Part shown: positions 9,937 to 20,752 of the stretch, in pieces
Layout: each line of letters opens with the position of its first letter
Numbering within the stretch: the first letter of the stretch is position 1
DNA from: Candidatus Levyibacteriota bacterium
GTDB lineage: Bacteria; Patescibacteriota; Microgenomatia; Levybacterales; UBA12049
Length of the DNA: 64,000 nucleotides
Direction: 5' to 3'
NCBI GenBank assembly: GCA_016432345.1
Contig: CP066685.1
Span: 496,236-560,235 of the forward strand
Made by a program: the position numbers and the translations under genes
Notes under the pieces: generated by a model
Database searches by the model: none
The model's input: only the letters and a program-made list of their open reading frames with translations
Told to the model about the DNA's origin: nothing

Positions 9937-11609
9937 CGGCAAGACTTCGTTTTACATTTATCTTTATTATTTTTTGCTTCTTTGGTATCACATCAAGGCT
10001 TTTTTACTGGCAGGTTGTAAAAGCAGAAGATCTGTCTAGGCTTGGCCAATCTCAATATGATACTTTTATAAAACTTACACCGAAAAGAGGAGAAATAAAA
10101 ACATCAGATAGATTTTCTCTTGTGGCAAATAAAGTTTCGTTTCTTGTTTTTGCCAATCCAAAAGAGATTAAAGATAAAAAAAAGACTGCTGATACACTCT
10201 CGTCAATTTTACATACGGATATAGCATCAGTTAGTGGATTTTTGTCGCTTGACCGTTTTTGGGTGCCAATAAAATCGGGTGTTGATAACGCTACGAAACA
10301 AACAATAGAGCAAGCAAAAGTTGATGGCGTTGGGTTTGAACAGCAGTCAATACGATTTTACCCGGAAGGGTCAATGTCGGCTCATCTAACAGGTTTTGTG
10401 GGTGAAGATGATGGTGGATTTAAGGGATATTTTGGATTGGAAGGATATTACGATAGGCAGTTGCGCGGAAAGGCGGGAATTGCGGTGCAAATAAAAGATG
10501 CACTGGGAAGGCCAATTCTTTCCAAAATGAATGACAAAACAGGAGTAATAGACGGAAGGAATTTGGTGTTGAGCATTGATAGAGTTGTGCAGTTTACGGC
10601 AGAAAAGCGATTAAAAGATGGCGTTGAAAAATATCAGGCAGCTGGCGGCATGGTTGGTATTATGGATCCAAAGACGGGAAATATTTTAGCAATGGTTTCT
10701 TATCCATCTTTTGATCAACAGGAATTTTGGAAGTTTGATGAAGGTTTATATAAAAACCCTTTTATCTCTAATTTATATGAGCCTGGGTCAACATTTAAGT
10801 CTATGGTTATGGCTGCAGGTATTGACAGTAGCGTTGTAAAACCAGAGACAAAATGTCCAATTTGCGCAAAATCTATTTCTATTGGCGGCTATGAAATAAG
10901 GACATGGAATGATAGATATTATCCTAATTCAACAATGGTAGATGTTATTAAGCATTCAGATAACATCGGTATGGTGTATGTAGGAAGTCAGCTGGGGATA
11001 AATAGACTCCTTTCGTATTTACATAAGTTTGGTATTGGCGCACAAACGGGTATTGATTTACAAGGAGAGGTTGCCCAGGAGTTGCGGGGTGCAGATAGAT
11101 GGTATCCGCTTGATGCTGCGACACTAACATTTGGCCAGGGGATTTCGGTAACACCAATACAGCTTTTAGATGCTTTTTCAGCAATTGCCAACGATGGAAA
11201 ACGAATGGAGCCGCATGTGGTGGCAAAAATTGAAACACCAGATGATCAGACTATCTTAATACCTCCTAAAGTCTTGGAGCAGCCAATTTCTCCAACAACC
11301 GCAAAAGTAATGACCGAGATTTTAGTAAATGCTGTGAGTAATGGCGAGGCGAAATGGGCAAAACCAAAGGGATATAGAATAGCAGGTAAAACTGGTACAG
11401 CACAGATTCCAATTGCAGGACATTATGATCCAAATAAAACAATCGCCTCATTTATTGGTTTTGCGCCAGCAGACAACCCAAAATTTGCCATGCTTGTTAT
11501 TGTTGACCGACCAACTACATCAATTTATGGCTCGGAAACCGCAGCGCCTATATTTTTTGATATCGCAAAAGATCTTTTAACCTACTACAGCATTTCTCCT
11601 ACGGAGTAG
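9933..11609 (+). CDS. ftsI: Class B penicillin-binding protein (FtsI/PBP3-like)
   Basis: EPGSTFK (SxxK), SDN (SxN), GKTGTAQ (KTG); N-terminal TM. Confidence 0.92.
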   Translation: MTARLRFTFIFIIFCFFGITSRLFYWQVVKAEDLSRLGQSQYDTFIKLTPKRGEIKTSDRFSLVANKVSFLVFANPKEIKDKKKTADTLSSILHTDIASVSGFLSLDRFWVPIKSGVDNATKQTIEQAKVDGVGFEQQSIRFYPEGSMSAHLTGFVGEDDGGFKGYFGLEGYYDRQLRGKAGIAVQIKDALGRPILSKMNDKTGVIDGRNLVLSIDRVVQFTAEKRLKDGVEKYQAAGGMVGIMDPKTGNILAMVSYPSFDQQEFWKFDEGLYKNPFISNLYEPGSTFKSMVMAAGIDSSVVKPETKCPICAKSISIGGYEIRTWNDRYYPNSTMVDVIKHSDNIGMVYVGSQLGINRLLSYLHKFGIGAQTGIDLQGEVAQELRGADRWYPLDAATLTFGQGISVTPIQLLDAFSAIANDGKRMEPHVVAKIETPDDQTILIPPKVLEQPISPTTAKVMTEILVNAVSNGEAKWAKPKGYRIAGKTGTAQIPIAGHYDPNKTIASFIGFAPADNPKFAMLVIVDRPTTSIYGSETAAPIFFDIAKDLLTYYSISPTE

Positions 11610-11652
11610 ACTAGCTAATTCGGCCTATAATAGGGTATAATGGAGGAAATTT

Positions 11653-12810
11653 ATGTGGCAGAGTATTAAAAATATATATCACCTTTGCAATGCTTTTTTG
11701 GCAAATGTTTGGTATGGCTTTCCAGCAAAAAAGCTAACAGTTATTGGCGTAACAGGAACTGACGGTAAAACCACTACCACAAATCTTATTTACCATATAC
11801 TTAAAACTTCGGGGAAAGATGTATCAATGATTTCAACAGTTGGGGCAAATATTAATGGAAAGGAGCATGATGTTGGTTTTCATGTTACGACGCCGTCTTC
11901 GTGGCAAATACAAAAGTTTCTAGCAAGAGTAAAAGGATATTTAGTTCTTGAGACTACGTCTCATGCGTTAGATCAAAATAGGATATGGGGTGTAGATTTT
12001 ACAGTAGGAGTTTTAACAAATGTTACTCACGAGCACTTGGACTATCACAAAACTTACGAAAATTATGTAAAAACTAAATCAAAGCTTTTAGAAATAGCAA
12101 AAGTCGCAGTTGTTAATAGAGATGATGTATCGTACGAATATATCTCAAAACTACAGCGCAAAAATCAAAACCTTGTAACTTACGGATTAAAAGAAAATGC
12201 AAATGTAAACCCAAAAGTTTTTTCTTTTAAATCAAAACTATTTGGAGAATTCAACAAGTATAATATTTTAGCTGCGGTTGCAGTATGTAAGTCGCTTGGT
12301 ATTGTTGATTCTGATATTCGAAAAGGTATTGAGACGTTTCGGCTTCCTGCTGGAAGAGCAGAAATTGTTTATAACGAAGGTTTTACAGTAATGATTGATT
12401 TTGCTCATACGCCAAACTCGTTTGCAAAGCTTCTCCTAGAGGTTAAAAAACAAACGAAGGGAAGGCTTATTCATGTGTTTGGCGCGGCGGGGTTGCGAGA
12501 TATATCAAAGCGGCCACTTATGGGAAAAGAATCAGCAAAATATGCGGATATAGTTATTTTAACAGCCGAAGATCCAAGATCAGAATCAATAGAAAAAATT
12601 ATGGATGATATACAAGCAGGAATTAAAGGTAAAAAATTGTATAAAATTGCAAATAGGCAGGAGGCAATAAATACTGCCATAAAAATGGCGAAAAAGGGAG
12701 ATTTTGTTGTTATAACAGGTAAAAGCCATGAGCAGTCAATGAATTATGGTAAAGGCGAGAAACCATGGAACGAGTTTAATGTGGTAAAAAGTGCTCTAAA
12801 AAATTTATGA
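11653..12810 (+). CDS. murE: UDP-MurNAc-dipeptide amino-acid ligase MurE (short form)
   Basis: GVTGTDGKTTT, ETTSH, TNVTHEHLDYH, DFAHTP, EDPR, GKSHE. Confidence 0.9.
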   Translation: MWQSIKNIYHLCNAFLANVWYGFPAKKLTVIGVTGTDGKTTTTNLIYHILKTSGKDVSMISTVGANINGKEHDVGFHVTTPSSWQIQKFLARVKGYLVLETTSHALDQNRIWGVDFTVGVLTNVTHEHLDYHKTYENYVKTKSKLLEIAKVAVVNRDDVSYEYISKLQRKNQNLVTYGLKENANVNPKVFSFKSKLFGEFNKYNILAAVAVCKSLGIVDSDIRKGIETFRLPAGRAEIVYNEGFTVMIDFAHTPNSFAKLLLEVKKQTKGRLIHVFGAAGLRDISKRPLMGKESAKYADIVILTAEDPRSESIEKIMDDIQAGIKGKKLYKIANRQEAINTAIKMAKKGDFVVITGKSHEQSMNYGKGEKPWNEFNVVKSALKNL

Positions 12811-14231
12811 AAAAGATAAGATCAATACATTTTGTCGGCATAAAAGGAGTGGGAATGACACCATTGGCTATAATTGCTAAGGAAGCTAGATTTATAGTTT
12901 CTGGTTGTGACATAGCCGATGAATTTATAACAGATGAATCATTAAAAAAAGCTGGAATTATGCCACTTATTGGATTTTCAAAGCATCATCTGGAAGATAT
13001 TGATATGGTTATTACAACAGGAGCTCACGGAGGATTTGATAATCCTGAAGTTATACATGCAAAACAAATAAAAATACCAGTTTGGACACAAGGAGAAGCT
13101 GTCGCAGAATTTATGAAAGGAGATTTATTTAATCGTAAACAAATTGGTATTTCTGTTACTGGTTCGCACGGAAAAACAACCACAACGGCGATGATTGCAA
13201 CTGTATTAAAAGAAGCGGGGAAAGACCCTTCATACGTGGTTGGCACTGGTTTTGTGCCTTCTCTTGGCAGTTGTGGACACTATGGGGAAGGTAAATATTT
13301 TGTTGCCGAAGCAGATGAATACGCAAATGAACCAACTTATGATAAAACATCTAAATTCTTATTGCAGCATCCAGAAATTCTTATTTTTACCAATATCGAG
13401 CACGATCATCCAGATTTATATCCAACAGTTGACGATGTTAGAGAGTCATTTTTAGAGTTTGCCAATAATCTTTCAAATAGCGGCATGCTTATTGCATATG
13501 GCGCAGATATACAAACGGAAAAACTATTAAAAAGATATACGGGTAAAGTTATTACATTTGGGTTTACTAAAAATTGTGATTTTGTTATTTCTCGAATAAG
13601 TGGCAGTGGAGAGCAAACATTTTTTTGGTTATCGAGACAGGGGAGTCTTTTGGGCGAATTTTGTCTTTCGATTCCTGGGGATCATAATGTGCTCAACGCA
13701 ACTGCAGCAATTATTGCAGGTTTGGAGTGCGGAATTGCAATTGATGTATTAAAGCAGGCAATTAAAAAGTTTGTTGGAAGCAAACGAAGATTTGAATATG
13801 TCGGCACATTACCTTCTGGAGCAGTGTTATACGATGATTATGCTCATCATCCAACAGAAATAAAAAAGACACTTGCGGCATTTAAAAAGCGATTTCCAAA
13901 ATCAAAATTAGTTTGCATTTTCCAGCCGCATACATATTCTCGAACAAAATCATTATTCGAGGACTTTATTAGTTCATTTCAGTCAGCTGACACAATTATA
14001 ATAAGTAATATCTATTCTTCTTTGCGGGAAAAAGCAGATTTAACAATTTCATCAAAGCTACTGGTTGACAGAATTAAGCTATTTCATAAGGACGTATGGT
14101 TTCTACCAGAGCTTGTTGATGTGATAAAATACGTTCAAGGGCAACAGTATGGAAAAGACACTGTTGTTGTTACTATGGGCGCAGGGGATATCTACAAGAT
14201 AGCGTCTAGTTTATTAGCGTCTAGCGTTTAG
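12807..14231 (+). CDS. murC: UDP-N-acetylmuramate--L-alanine ligase
   Basis: HFVGIKGVGM, GSHGKTTT, EADEY, DDYAHHPTE, FQPHTYSRT. Confidence 0.95.
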   Translation: MKKIRSIHFVGIKGVGMTPLAIIAKEARFIVSGCDIADEFITDESLKKAGIMPLIGFSKHHLEDIDMVITTGAHGGFDNPEVIHAKQIKIPVWTQGEAVAEFMKGDLFNRKQIGISVTGSHGKTTTTAMIATVLKEAGKDPSYVVGTGFVPSLGSCGHYGEGKYFVAEADEYANEPTYDKTSKFLLQHPEILIFTNIEHDHPDLYPTVDDVRESFLEFANNLSNSGMLIAYGADIQTEKLLKRYTGKVITFGFTKNCDFVISRISGSGEQTFFWLSRQGSLLGEFCLSIPGDHNVLNATAAIIAGLECGIAIDVLKQAIKKFVGSKRRFEYVGTLPSGAVLYDDYAHHPTEIKKTLAAFKKRFPKSKLVCIFQPHTYSRTKSLFEDFISSFQSADTIIISNIYSSLREKADLTISSKLLVDRIKLFHKDVWFLPELVDVIKYVQGQQYGKDTVVVTMGAGDIYKIASSLLASSV

Positions 14232-14233
14232 TT

Positions 14234-15214
14234 ATGGATACAAAATTAAAAGAACTGGAAAAGATTTTTGGTCAAAATAGAGTTAGGCTGGATGAGCCCA
14301 TGAGCGCTCATACCACTTTTAAAATTGGCGGTAAAGCGCAGTATTACATAGATATTGATAAAACAGACGATATCGTCAAAGCAGTTAAAGCTGCTAAAAC
14401 TCTTGATTTGCCATTTTTTATTTTTGGCAGCGGGTCGAATATTATTGTTGCAGACTGCGGTATAAAAGGACTTATTATTAAAAATAACTGTCGAAAGTTT
14501 GATATTGCTATTCTTAGCGGTCGGGTGAAAAACCAAAAAATTGATGTCGGTAAAGCATTGGTTGTTGCAGAATCTGGTGTAATTATAAATCAGCTTGTTA
14601 GGTTTGCTATAGAAAAAGGTCTAAGTGGACTTGAGTATCAGTTGGGGTTACCAGGGACAGTAGGCGGAGCTGTTTATATGAATTCTAATTTTCCTCGCAA
14701 AGGGGCATATATTGGTGATTGTGTTTTTTCTGCAAAACTTGTGACAAAAGAGGGAGAGATAAAAGAAGTTGATAAAACTTATTTTCATTTCGTCTATGAT
14801 TACAGTGTGTTGCAGGAAACAGGAGATATAGTATTATCAGTGGTGTTTCGTATGACTCCCGCGGACACAAAGGTTTTATGGGAAAGAGGTATGGAGGCAT
14901 TAGAGTATCGTAATAATTCACAGCCAAAAGGTGCATCTGCCGGCTGCACATTTCGCAACATTTCTATTGTTGAGGCAATAAGTATTCCAACACCAGATCG
15001 AATTACTTCCGCAGGTTATCTTATTGATAAAGCAGGGTTTAAAGGAAAACGTATTGGCGATGCTATGATTTCTGATAGACACGCAAATTTTATTCTTAAT
15101 ATGGGGAATGCAAGAGGGGAAGATGTTGTAGAACTTGTTAGACTTATAAAAGATGAAGTATTTAAAAAATTTAATGTTAAGCTTCATTTGGAAGTAAAAA
15201 CAGTAGGGTTTTAA
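14234..15214 (+). CDS. murB: UDP-N-acetylenolpyruvoylglucosamine reductase
   Basis: HTTFKIGG, GSGSN, PGTVGGAVYMN, SAGCTFRN, HANFILN. Confidence 0.95.
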   Translation: MDTKLKELEKIFGQNRVRLDEPMSAHTTFKIGGKAQYYIDIDKTDDIVKAVKAAKTLDLPFFIFGSGSNIIVADCGIKGLIIKNNCRKFDIAILSGRVKNQKIDVGKALVVAESGVIINQLVRFAIEKGLSGLEYQLGLPGTVGGAVYMNSNFPRKGAYIGDCVFSAKLVTKEGEIKEVDKTYFHFVYDYSVLQETGDIVLSVVFRMTPADTKVLWERGMEALEYRNNSQPKGASAGCTFRNISIVEAISIPTPDRITSAGYLIDKAGFKGKRIGDAMISDRHANFILNMGNARGEDVVELVRLIKDEVFKKFNVKLHLEVKTVGF

Positions 15215-15217
15215 TGT

Positions 15218-16537
15218 ATGGAAAAGTTTATTATAAACGGCGGTAAAAAGTTAAGAGGCGAAATTAGAGTTTCTGGAGCAAAAAATGTTGCGCTTAAAGC
15301 TTTAGTTGCAGCGTGTTTAACCAGTGAGGAAGTAATTATTGATAATGTGCCTCACATTTTGGACGTATTTACGATGATTGAGATTATTAAGGATCTTGGT
15401 GGAAAAGCAATCATGCGTGATCATACTGTTACAGTGCGCGTTGATACCCTGCGTACAAAAATTCCATTTGATAAGGCGGTAGAAGTAAGGACATCGTCTA
15501 TGTTTTTAGCTCCTCTTTTGGCTCGAGCTAAAGAGGCTATTGTTCCAAATCCAGGCGGTTGCCGTATTGGCGCACGACCAATAAATAGGATAATTAAGGG
15601 GTTAAGGCAAATGGGCGCAATTATTACATATAACAGTAAGGACGGCTATTTTCATGCAAAAGCGAAACAACTAAAAGGCGTAACGTATGAATTTAAAAAG
15701 AATACACATACAGGTACTGAAACGATGATTATGGCCTCGGTTTTGGCAAAAGGTAAAACAATACTTAAAAATGCTGCGCTTGAGCCAGAAATTGATGAAC
15801 TTATTGCATTTTTAAATGGTATGGGAGCGAAGATAAAAAGACATTTAAGAACAATTACAATCGAGGGAGTTGAAGAACTCCACGGTGCACATTTTACCAT
15901 TGGTCCAGATCGTAATGAAGCAGTAACTTATGCCATTGCTGGAATAATTACAGAAGGAGAGGTTATAGTTGATGGGATTTTAGCAAAAGATATAAAAGAG
16001 TTTTTAGGAGTCTTAGATAAGGCTGGCGGCGGATACGAAGAAAAAGCAGATGGGATGCGATTTTTTTACAAAGGGAAGCTAAAGCCAACGGATATTTCGA
16101 CAAGTTGTTATCCTGGATTTATGACAGATTGGCAAAGCCCTTGGGCGGTTCTTATGACGAAAGCAAAGGGTACATCGTCAATTCATGAAACAGTTTTTGA
16201 AAGCAGGTTTGGTTATGTAGAGGAGCTAAAAAAAATGGGCGCGCATATTGCATTTTTTAATCCTAAAGTTGATGATCCAAAACGTGTTTATAATTTTAAC
16301 CTTTCTGACGCCAAAAAAGATAGCTATCATGCAATTTCTGTTTCTGGTCCAGCAAAATTGCATAATGCAGTTGTAAACATCACAGATTTACGGGCAGGTG
16401 CGACATTGGTGCTTGCATCGCTTGCCGGAAGCGGTACAAGTGTTGTTTTTGGAGCTGAAAAACTTGACAGAGGATATGAAAAATTTGACAAATGTCTTGT
16501 CCGTTTAGGCGCAGATATTAAACGAGTGAAGGATTAA
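15218..16537 (+). CDS. murA: UDP-N-acetylglucosamine 1-carboxyvinyltransferase
   Basis: SGAKN, PGGCRIGARP (catalytic Cys), YPGFMTD, DLRAGA, LDRGYE. Confidence 0.96.
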   Translation: MEKFIINGGKKLRGEIRVSGAKNVALKALVAACLTSEEVIIDNVPHILDVFTMIEIIKDLGGKAIMRDHTVTVRVDTLRTKIPFDKAVEVRTSSMFLAPLLARAKEAIVPNPGGCRIGARPINRIIKGLRQMGAIITYNSKDGYFHAKAKQLKGVTYEFKKNTHTGTETMIMASVLAKGKTILKNAALEPEIDELIAFLNGMGAKIKRHLRTITIEGVEELHGAHFTIGPDRNEAVTYAIAGIITEGEVIVDGILAKDIKEFLGVLDKAGGGYEEKADGMRFFYKGKLKPTDISTSCYPGFMTDWQSPWAVLMTKAKGTSSIHETVFESRFGYVEELKKMGAHIAFFNPKVDDPKRVYNFNLSDAKKDSYHAISVSGPAKLHNAVVNITDLRAGATLVLASLAGSGTSVVFGAEKLDRGYEKFDKCLVRLGADIKRVKD

Positions 16538-16538
16538 T

Positions 16539-17792
16539 ATGCAAGCAGTTATTTTAGCAGCAGGAAAATCAAGTCGTTTTTATCCATTTACAAATTATTC
16601 ACACAAGTCGCTTATTAAAGTTGCGGGTAAACCGCTTATTGTGCATACAATTTTAAGCCTAAGAAAGGCAGGAATTTATGAAATGATTATTGTTGTAGGC
16701 GAAGAAAGCAAAATTCCATCTGTAGTTAAATCTGAAAATCTTGATGTGTCAATAAAATTTGTTGTACAAAAAGAGCCGCTTGGCATGGGTAATGCTGTGC
16801 TTTTGGCAAGGGAGCATATCAAAGGTGATTTTTTACTCCTGAATGCACATCATGTTGATGTTGATTTATTTTTTAATGATCTGATGGGGATTAAAGACGG
16901 GGCAGATGCGGTTTTGTTGTCAGAAGAGCGTGAAGACGCATGGAAATATGGGGTATTACAGGTTGAAGGTCAAAAAGTTCTGGACCTTGTAGAAAAGCCC
17001 AAAAAACAAGATTTATCATCTCATCTTTGCGTGGTTGGAGTTTATCTTTTTTCAAAAATGTTTATTGATACACTTGCAAAAATACCAAGCGAGCATTATC
17101 AATTGGAAACCGCTATTTCGAAGTTTGCCAAAATCCGCACTGTTTTGATGATTAAAGCAAAGCAAAAAACAATTACCTTAAAGTATCCGTGGGATGCACT
17201 TTTGGTTAAAAACTACCTGTTAAATAACCTAAAATCGCATATATCATCCAAAGCAAAAGTTGCCAAATCGGCAGAAATTATTGGCAATGTGTATATAGAT
17301 AATGGAGCAACTATAATGGAGGGGGCATGTATAAAAGGCCCGTCTTATGTTGGCAAAAACGCAGTAGTTGGAACAAAAGCAATTATTAGAAATGGTGTAG
17401 ATGTTGAGCAAGATTGTGTTATAGGAGCAACTATAGAAATAAAAAATAGTTTATTGCAAGATGGCACAACAACACATTCGGGTTTTATAGGGGATTCTGT
17501 AATTGGGAGAAAATGCAAAATCGCCGCGGCATTTGAAACAGCAAATGTGCGAATAGATAGAAAAACAATTGGCGTTTTGGTTGCTGATGAAAAGATTGAC
17601 AGTGGTTTAAATTCTCTTGGGGTGATTATGGGAGATGAAGTGCGAGTTGGCATTCGTGTTTCCATAATGCCAGGAGTTGTTATTGGTCAAAATGCGACCA
17701 TTGGTCCATCAACAACTGTTTCTCGCAATATAAAAGAAAAGGTAACGTATTACACGAAATTTCAGGAGGTTGTTGAGGAGAAAAGAGAATGA
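16539..17792 (+). CDS. Bifunctional sugar-1-phosphate nucleotidylyltransferase/acetyltransferase (archaeal-type GlmU-like)
   Basis: AVILAAGKSSRFYP, QKEPLGMG, EKP, C-terminal hexapeptide repeats; next to glmS. Confidence 0.8.
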   Translation: MQAVILAAGKSSRFYPFTNYSHKSLIKVAGKPLIVHTILSLRKAGIYEMIIVVGEESKIPSVVKSENLDVSIKFVVQKEPLGMGNAVLLAREHIKGDFLLLNAHHVDVDLFFNDLMGIKDGADAVLLSEEREDAWKYGVLQVEGQKVLDLVEKPKKQDLSSHLCVVGVYLFSKMFIDTLAKIPSEHYQLETAISKFAKIRTVLMIKAKQKTITLKYPWDALLVKNYLLNNLKSHISSKAKVAKSAEIIGNVYIDNGATIMEGACIKGPSYVGKNAVVGTKAIIRNGVDVEQDCVIGATIEIKNSLLQDGTTTHSGFIGDSVIGRKCKIAAAFETANVRIDRKTIGVLVADEKIDSGLNSLGVIMGDEVRVGIRVSIMPGVVIGQNATIGPSTTVSRNIKEKVTYYTKFQEVVEEKRE

Positions 17793-18265
17793 TGAAAAAA
17801 GTTGTGCTTTTTGACATTGACTACACACTTTTTGATACGGAAAAGTTTAAGGGCACTAATTTGCAAACATTTGCACTGTATAAAGAAGCAGTTGATGTTT
17901 TGGAGAAATTGAAAGACACTGTATATCTTGGCATTTTTTCGGAAGGAAATCTTGACCTGCAAAAAACAAAATTAATTAAAACAAAGATTCATAGTAGTTT
18001 TACTAGAAAACACATACATATTGTGGTAAATAAAGAGGAAAGAATAGAACAGGTTTTAAAGAAATATAAAAATTGTTTGGTATTTCTTGTTGATGATAAA
18101 CTTACTGTTTTATGCCAAGCAAAAAAGCTGCTTCCTTCTCTTGTTGCAATTTGGGTAAAACGAGGAATATATGCAGAAAAACAGTTGCCTATTAATGGTT
18201 TTACGCCAGATGCTATAATAGAAAACCTTCGGGAGCTCATCCCGATTATTTTAAAGGATAAATAA
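17789..18265 (+). CDS. Small HAD-superfamily hydrolase
   Basis: VLFDIDYTLFD motif I; LVDDK motif IV. Confidence 0.75.
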   Translation: MMKKVVLFDIDYTLFDTEKFKGTNLQTFALYKEAVDVLEKLKDTVYLGIFSEGNLDLQKTKLIKTKIHSSFTRKHIHIVVNKEERIEQVLKKYKNCLVFLVDDKLTVLCQAKKLLPSLVAIWVKRGIYAEKQLPINGFTPDAIIENLRELIPIILKDK

Positions 18266-18268
18266 CGT

Positions 18269-20044
18269 ATGTGTGGAATTTTTGGATACGTAGGCTTTAA
18301 ATCAAATGCTGCTCAAATAGCGCTTGAAGGGTTAAAATTATTGGAGTATCGCGGATACGATTCTTGGGGCGTTGCGGTAAAGCTTGGAAAAAAATTGGTT
18401 GTTGAAAAACATATTGGGAAAATTACTCTAGCTAAAACAGAGCTTCCAAAGAGCAGTCTTGGTATTGGTCACACCCGATGGGCAACTCATGGAGGAGTAA
18501 CAATAACAAATGCGCATCCACATCTGGACTGTAGCGGCGAAATTGCTGTTGTTCACAATGGAATTGTCGAAAATTTCGAAGATTTAAAACATGAATTAGT
18601 TGCAAAAGGTCATGATTTTAAATCAGGAACAGATACAGAAGTTATAGCACATCTTATTGAGGATTATATAGGAAAAGAAAGAAGCCTGCAGGGTTTTGCT
18701 TCGTCTGTGCGGGACGCGTTTAATCGGCTAAAGGGGTTGAGCGCCATTGTGGTCGCGTATGCGCCATCATCAGAAATTATTGCAGTTAAAACAGGTTCGC
18801 CTCTTGTTGTTGGTGTTTTGAAAAACGAATTATTTGTTGCGTCGGATGCGTCTGCTATTGTACAGCATACTAAAAAAGTGTTGTTTCTCGAGGATAGACA
18901 GATGGTTATTTTGGGTAAAAAGTTGCAGTTACTTCGTTTGCCAGAAGGGAAACAAATAATACCAATATTTCATACTATCAATTGGGAATTTGCAAAAGCA
19001 CAAAAAGGCAAGCACAAGCATTTTCTACTCAAAGAAATTCACGAGCAGCCTAAAGTAATTGAAAATATCGCATTACATTATATTGAGGAAACACAACAGT
19101 TGTCAAAACTTATTACTGATGCATTTGGTACTTTTATGCTTGGGTGTGGTTCTGCATCGTATGCTGCGTTGGCAGGCACATATCTTTTTTCCAGAATTGC
19201 CAAGAAACACGTTAACTTTTCGATAGGTTCTGAATTTACTTATCTTGAGGATTATCTAACGCCAGAGAGTTTGCTGATTGCAATTTCGCAGTCTGGTGAA
19301 ACGATCGATGTGGTTGAGCCGGTTGAGAAAGCGAAGAAAAAAGGTTCACAAATTGCAGCGCTGGTGAACGTTTTGGGTTCAACATTGTATCGTCAGGCAA
19401 ATCATAAAATTCTTCTTGGAGCAGGAGTGGAAAAAGCAGTCATTTCCACAAAAAGTTTTATTGCTATGATATCTGTGTTACTTTTGACTGCGTACACGAT
19501 GGCAAAAAGACAAAATGAAGCGCAGGAAATGCTTCGTCTTGCGGCAAATAATATTCGTCTTATATTACAGGATTCGTATGTGAAGCATATAAAAACTCTT
19601 TCCAAAAAACTTAGCCGTACACAATACGTTTTTGTTATTGGACGAGGATTGTCTTATGCCATAGCTCTTGAAACAACGCTTAAGCTAAAAGAAACCAGTT
19701 ATACCCATGCAGAAGGATTTGCAGGAGGTGAGTTAAAACATGGTGTTATCGCTTTAATTGAAAAGGGAACTCCTTGTATTGTAATTGCTCCACAGGATGA
19801 AACTTATAATGAGATTATTTCCAATGCCCAACAAATAAAGGCCAGGGGTGGATATATTGTAGGTATTGGATCTAGAAAAAATGACGTGTTTGATCTTTTT
19901 TTTGAAACAGCCGATGTTGGAGATGCGACCATGCTTCCGCAGGTAGTTATTGCTCAACTTATTGCATATTACACGGCTTTAGCAAAAGGAATTTCTGATC
20001 CAGACAAACCTCGAAATCTTGCCAAAAGTGTGACGGTAAAATAG
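18269..20044 (+). CDS. glmS: Glutamine--fructose-6-phosphate aminotransferase
   Basis: MCGIFG, LEYRGYDS, GHTRWATHG, SQSGET, DKPRNLAKSVTV. Confidence 0.97.
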   Translation: MCGIFGYVGFKSNAAQIALEGLKLLEYRGYDSWGVAVKLGKKLVVEKHIGKITLAKTELPKSSLGIGHTRWATHGGVTITNAHPHLDCSGEIAVVHNGIVENFEDLKHELVAKGHDFKSGTDTEVIAHLIEDYIGKERSLQGFASSVRDAFNRLKGLSAIVVAYAPSSEIIAVKTGSPLVVGVLKNELFVASDASAIVQHTKKVLFLEDRQMVILGKKLQLLRLPEGKQIIPIFHTINWEFAKAQKGKHKHFLLKEIHEQPKVIENIALHYIEETQQLSKLITDAFGTFMLGCGSASYAALAGTYLFSRIAKKHVNFSIGSEFTYLEDYLTPESLLIAISQSGETIDVVEPVEKAKKKGSQIAALVNVLGSTLYRQANHKILLGAGVEKAVISTKSFIAMISVLLLTAYTMAKRQNEAQEMLRLAANNIRLILQDSYVKHIKTLSKKLSRTQYVFVIGRGLSYAIALETTLKLKETSYTHAEGFAGGELKHGVIALIEKGTPCIVIAPQDETYNEIISNAQQIKARGGYIVGIGSRKNDVFDLFFETADVGDATMLPQVVIAQLIAYYTALAKGISDPDKPRNLAKSVTVK

Positions 20045-20047
20045 CGT

Positions 20048-20752
20048 ATGGAAAAAAAATCAATTGTTATTCTTCATGGGTGGGGATTAAGAGGATCTGT
20101 CTATAAAAATCTTGTTTTAATATTAAAGAAAGAGGGATACTCTGTTTACTTCCCCGATCTGCCTGGGTTTGGAGCAGAGTCGTTGACGAAAGACTCAATG
20201 ACACTCGATGATTATGTAACTTTTCTTCGAAAATTCATAGAAAAAAATAAACTTAAAAAACCAATTTTAATTGGTCATTCTTTTGGTGGAAGAGTGGCAA
20301 TTAAGTATGCATGGCGAAATCCACAACATATTTCCAAACTTATTTTAACCGGCGTACCAGTTATTCGCAATACATCATTTAGAAAAAAAATCGCATTTTT
20401 AATTGCAGTTGTGGGAGGAAAAATTTTGAAAGTTTTTAATCTAAAAATACAAGATATTGGAAAAAAAATCTTGTATAGATCGATTAGTGAATGGGATTAT
20501 TATAATGCGGGACCTCTTAGACAGGTGTTTAAAAATATAATCGGAGAGGAGCTTACTGGATATGCAAAAAGTTTAAAAATGCCAGTTATTTTGGTGTGGG
20601 GAAAAGACGATCGTATTGTTCCGTATACGGATGTTGAGAAGATTAAAAAAATTATTTCTCATGCGCAACCTGTTGTTGTTGCAAATACTGGTCATAGGCT
20701 TCCTTACTTGAATTCTAAAGCATTTTATACTGCGATTAAAAATTTTCTATGA
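20048..20752 (+). CDS. Alpha/beta hydrolase
   Basis: ILHGWG, DLPGFG, GHSFGG nucleophile elbow, WGKDD, GH. Confidence 0.88.
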   Translation: MEKKSIVILHGWGLRGSVYKNLVLILKKEGYSVYFPDLPGFGAESLTKDSMTLDDYVTFLRKFIEKNKLKKPILIGHSFGGRVAIKYAWRNPQHISKLILTGVPVIRNTSFRKKIAFLIAVVGGKILKVFNLKIQDIGKKILYRSISEWDYYNAGPLRQVFKNIIGEELTGYAKSLKMPVILVWGKDDRIVPYTDVEKIKKIISHAQPVVVANTGHRLPYLNSKAFYTAIKNFL

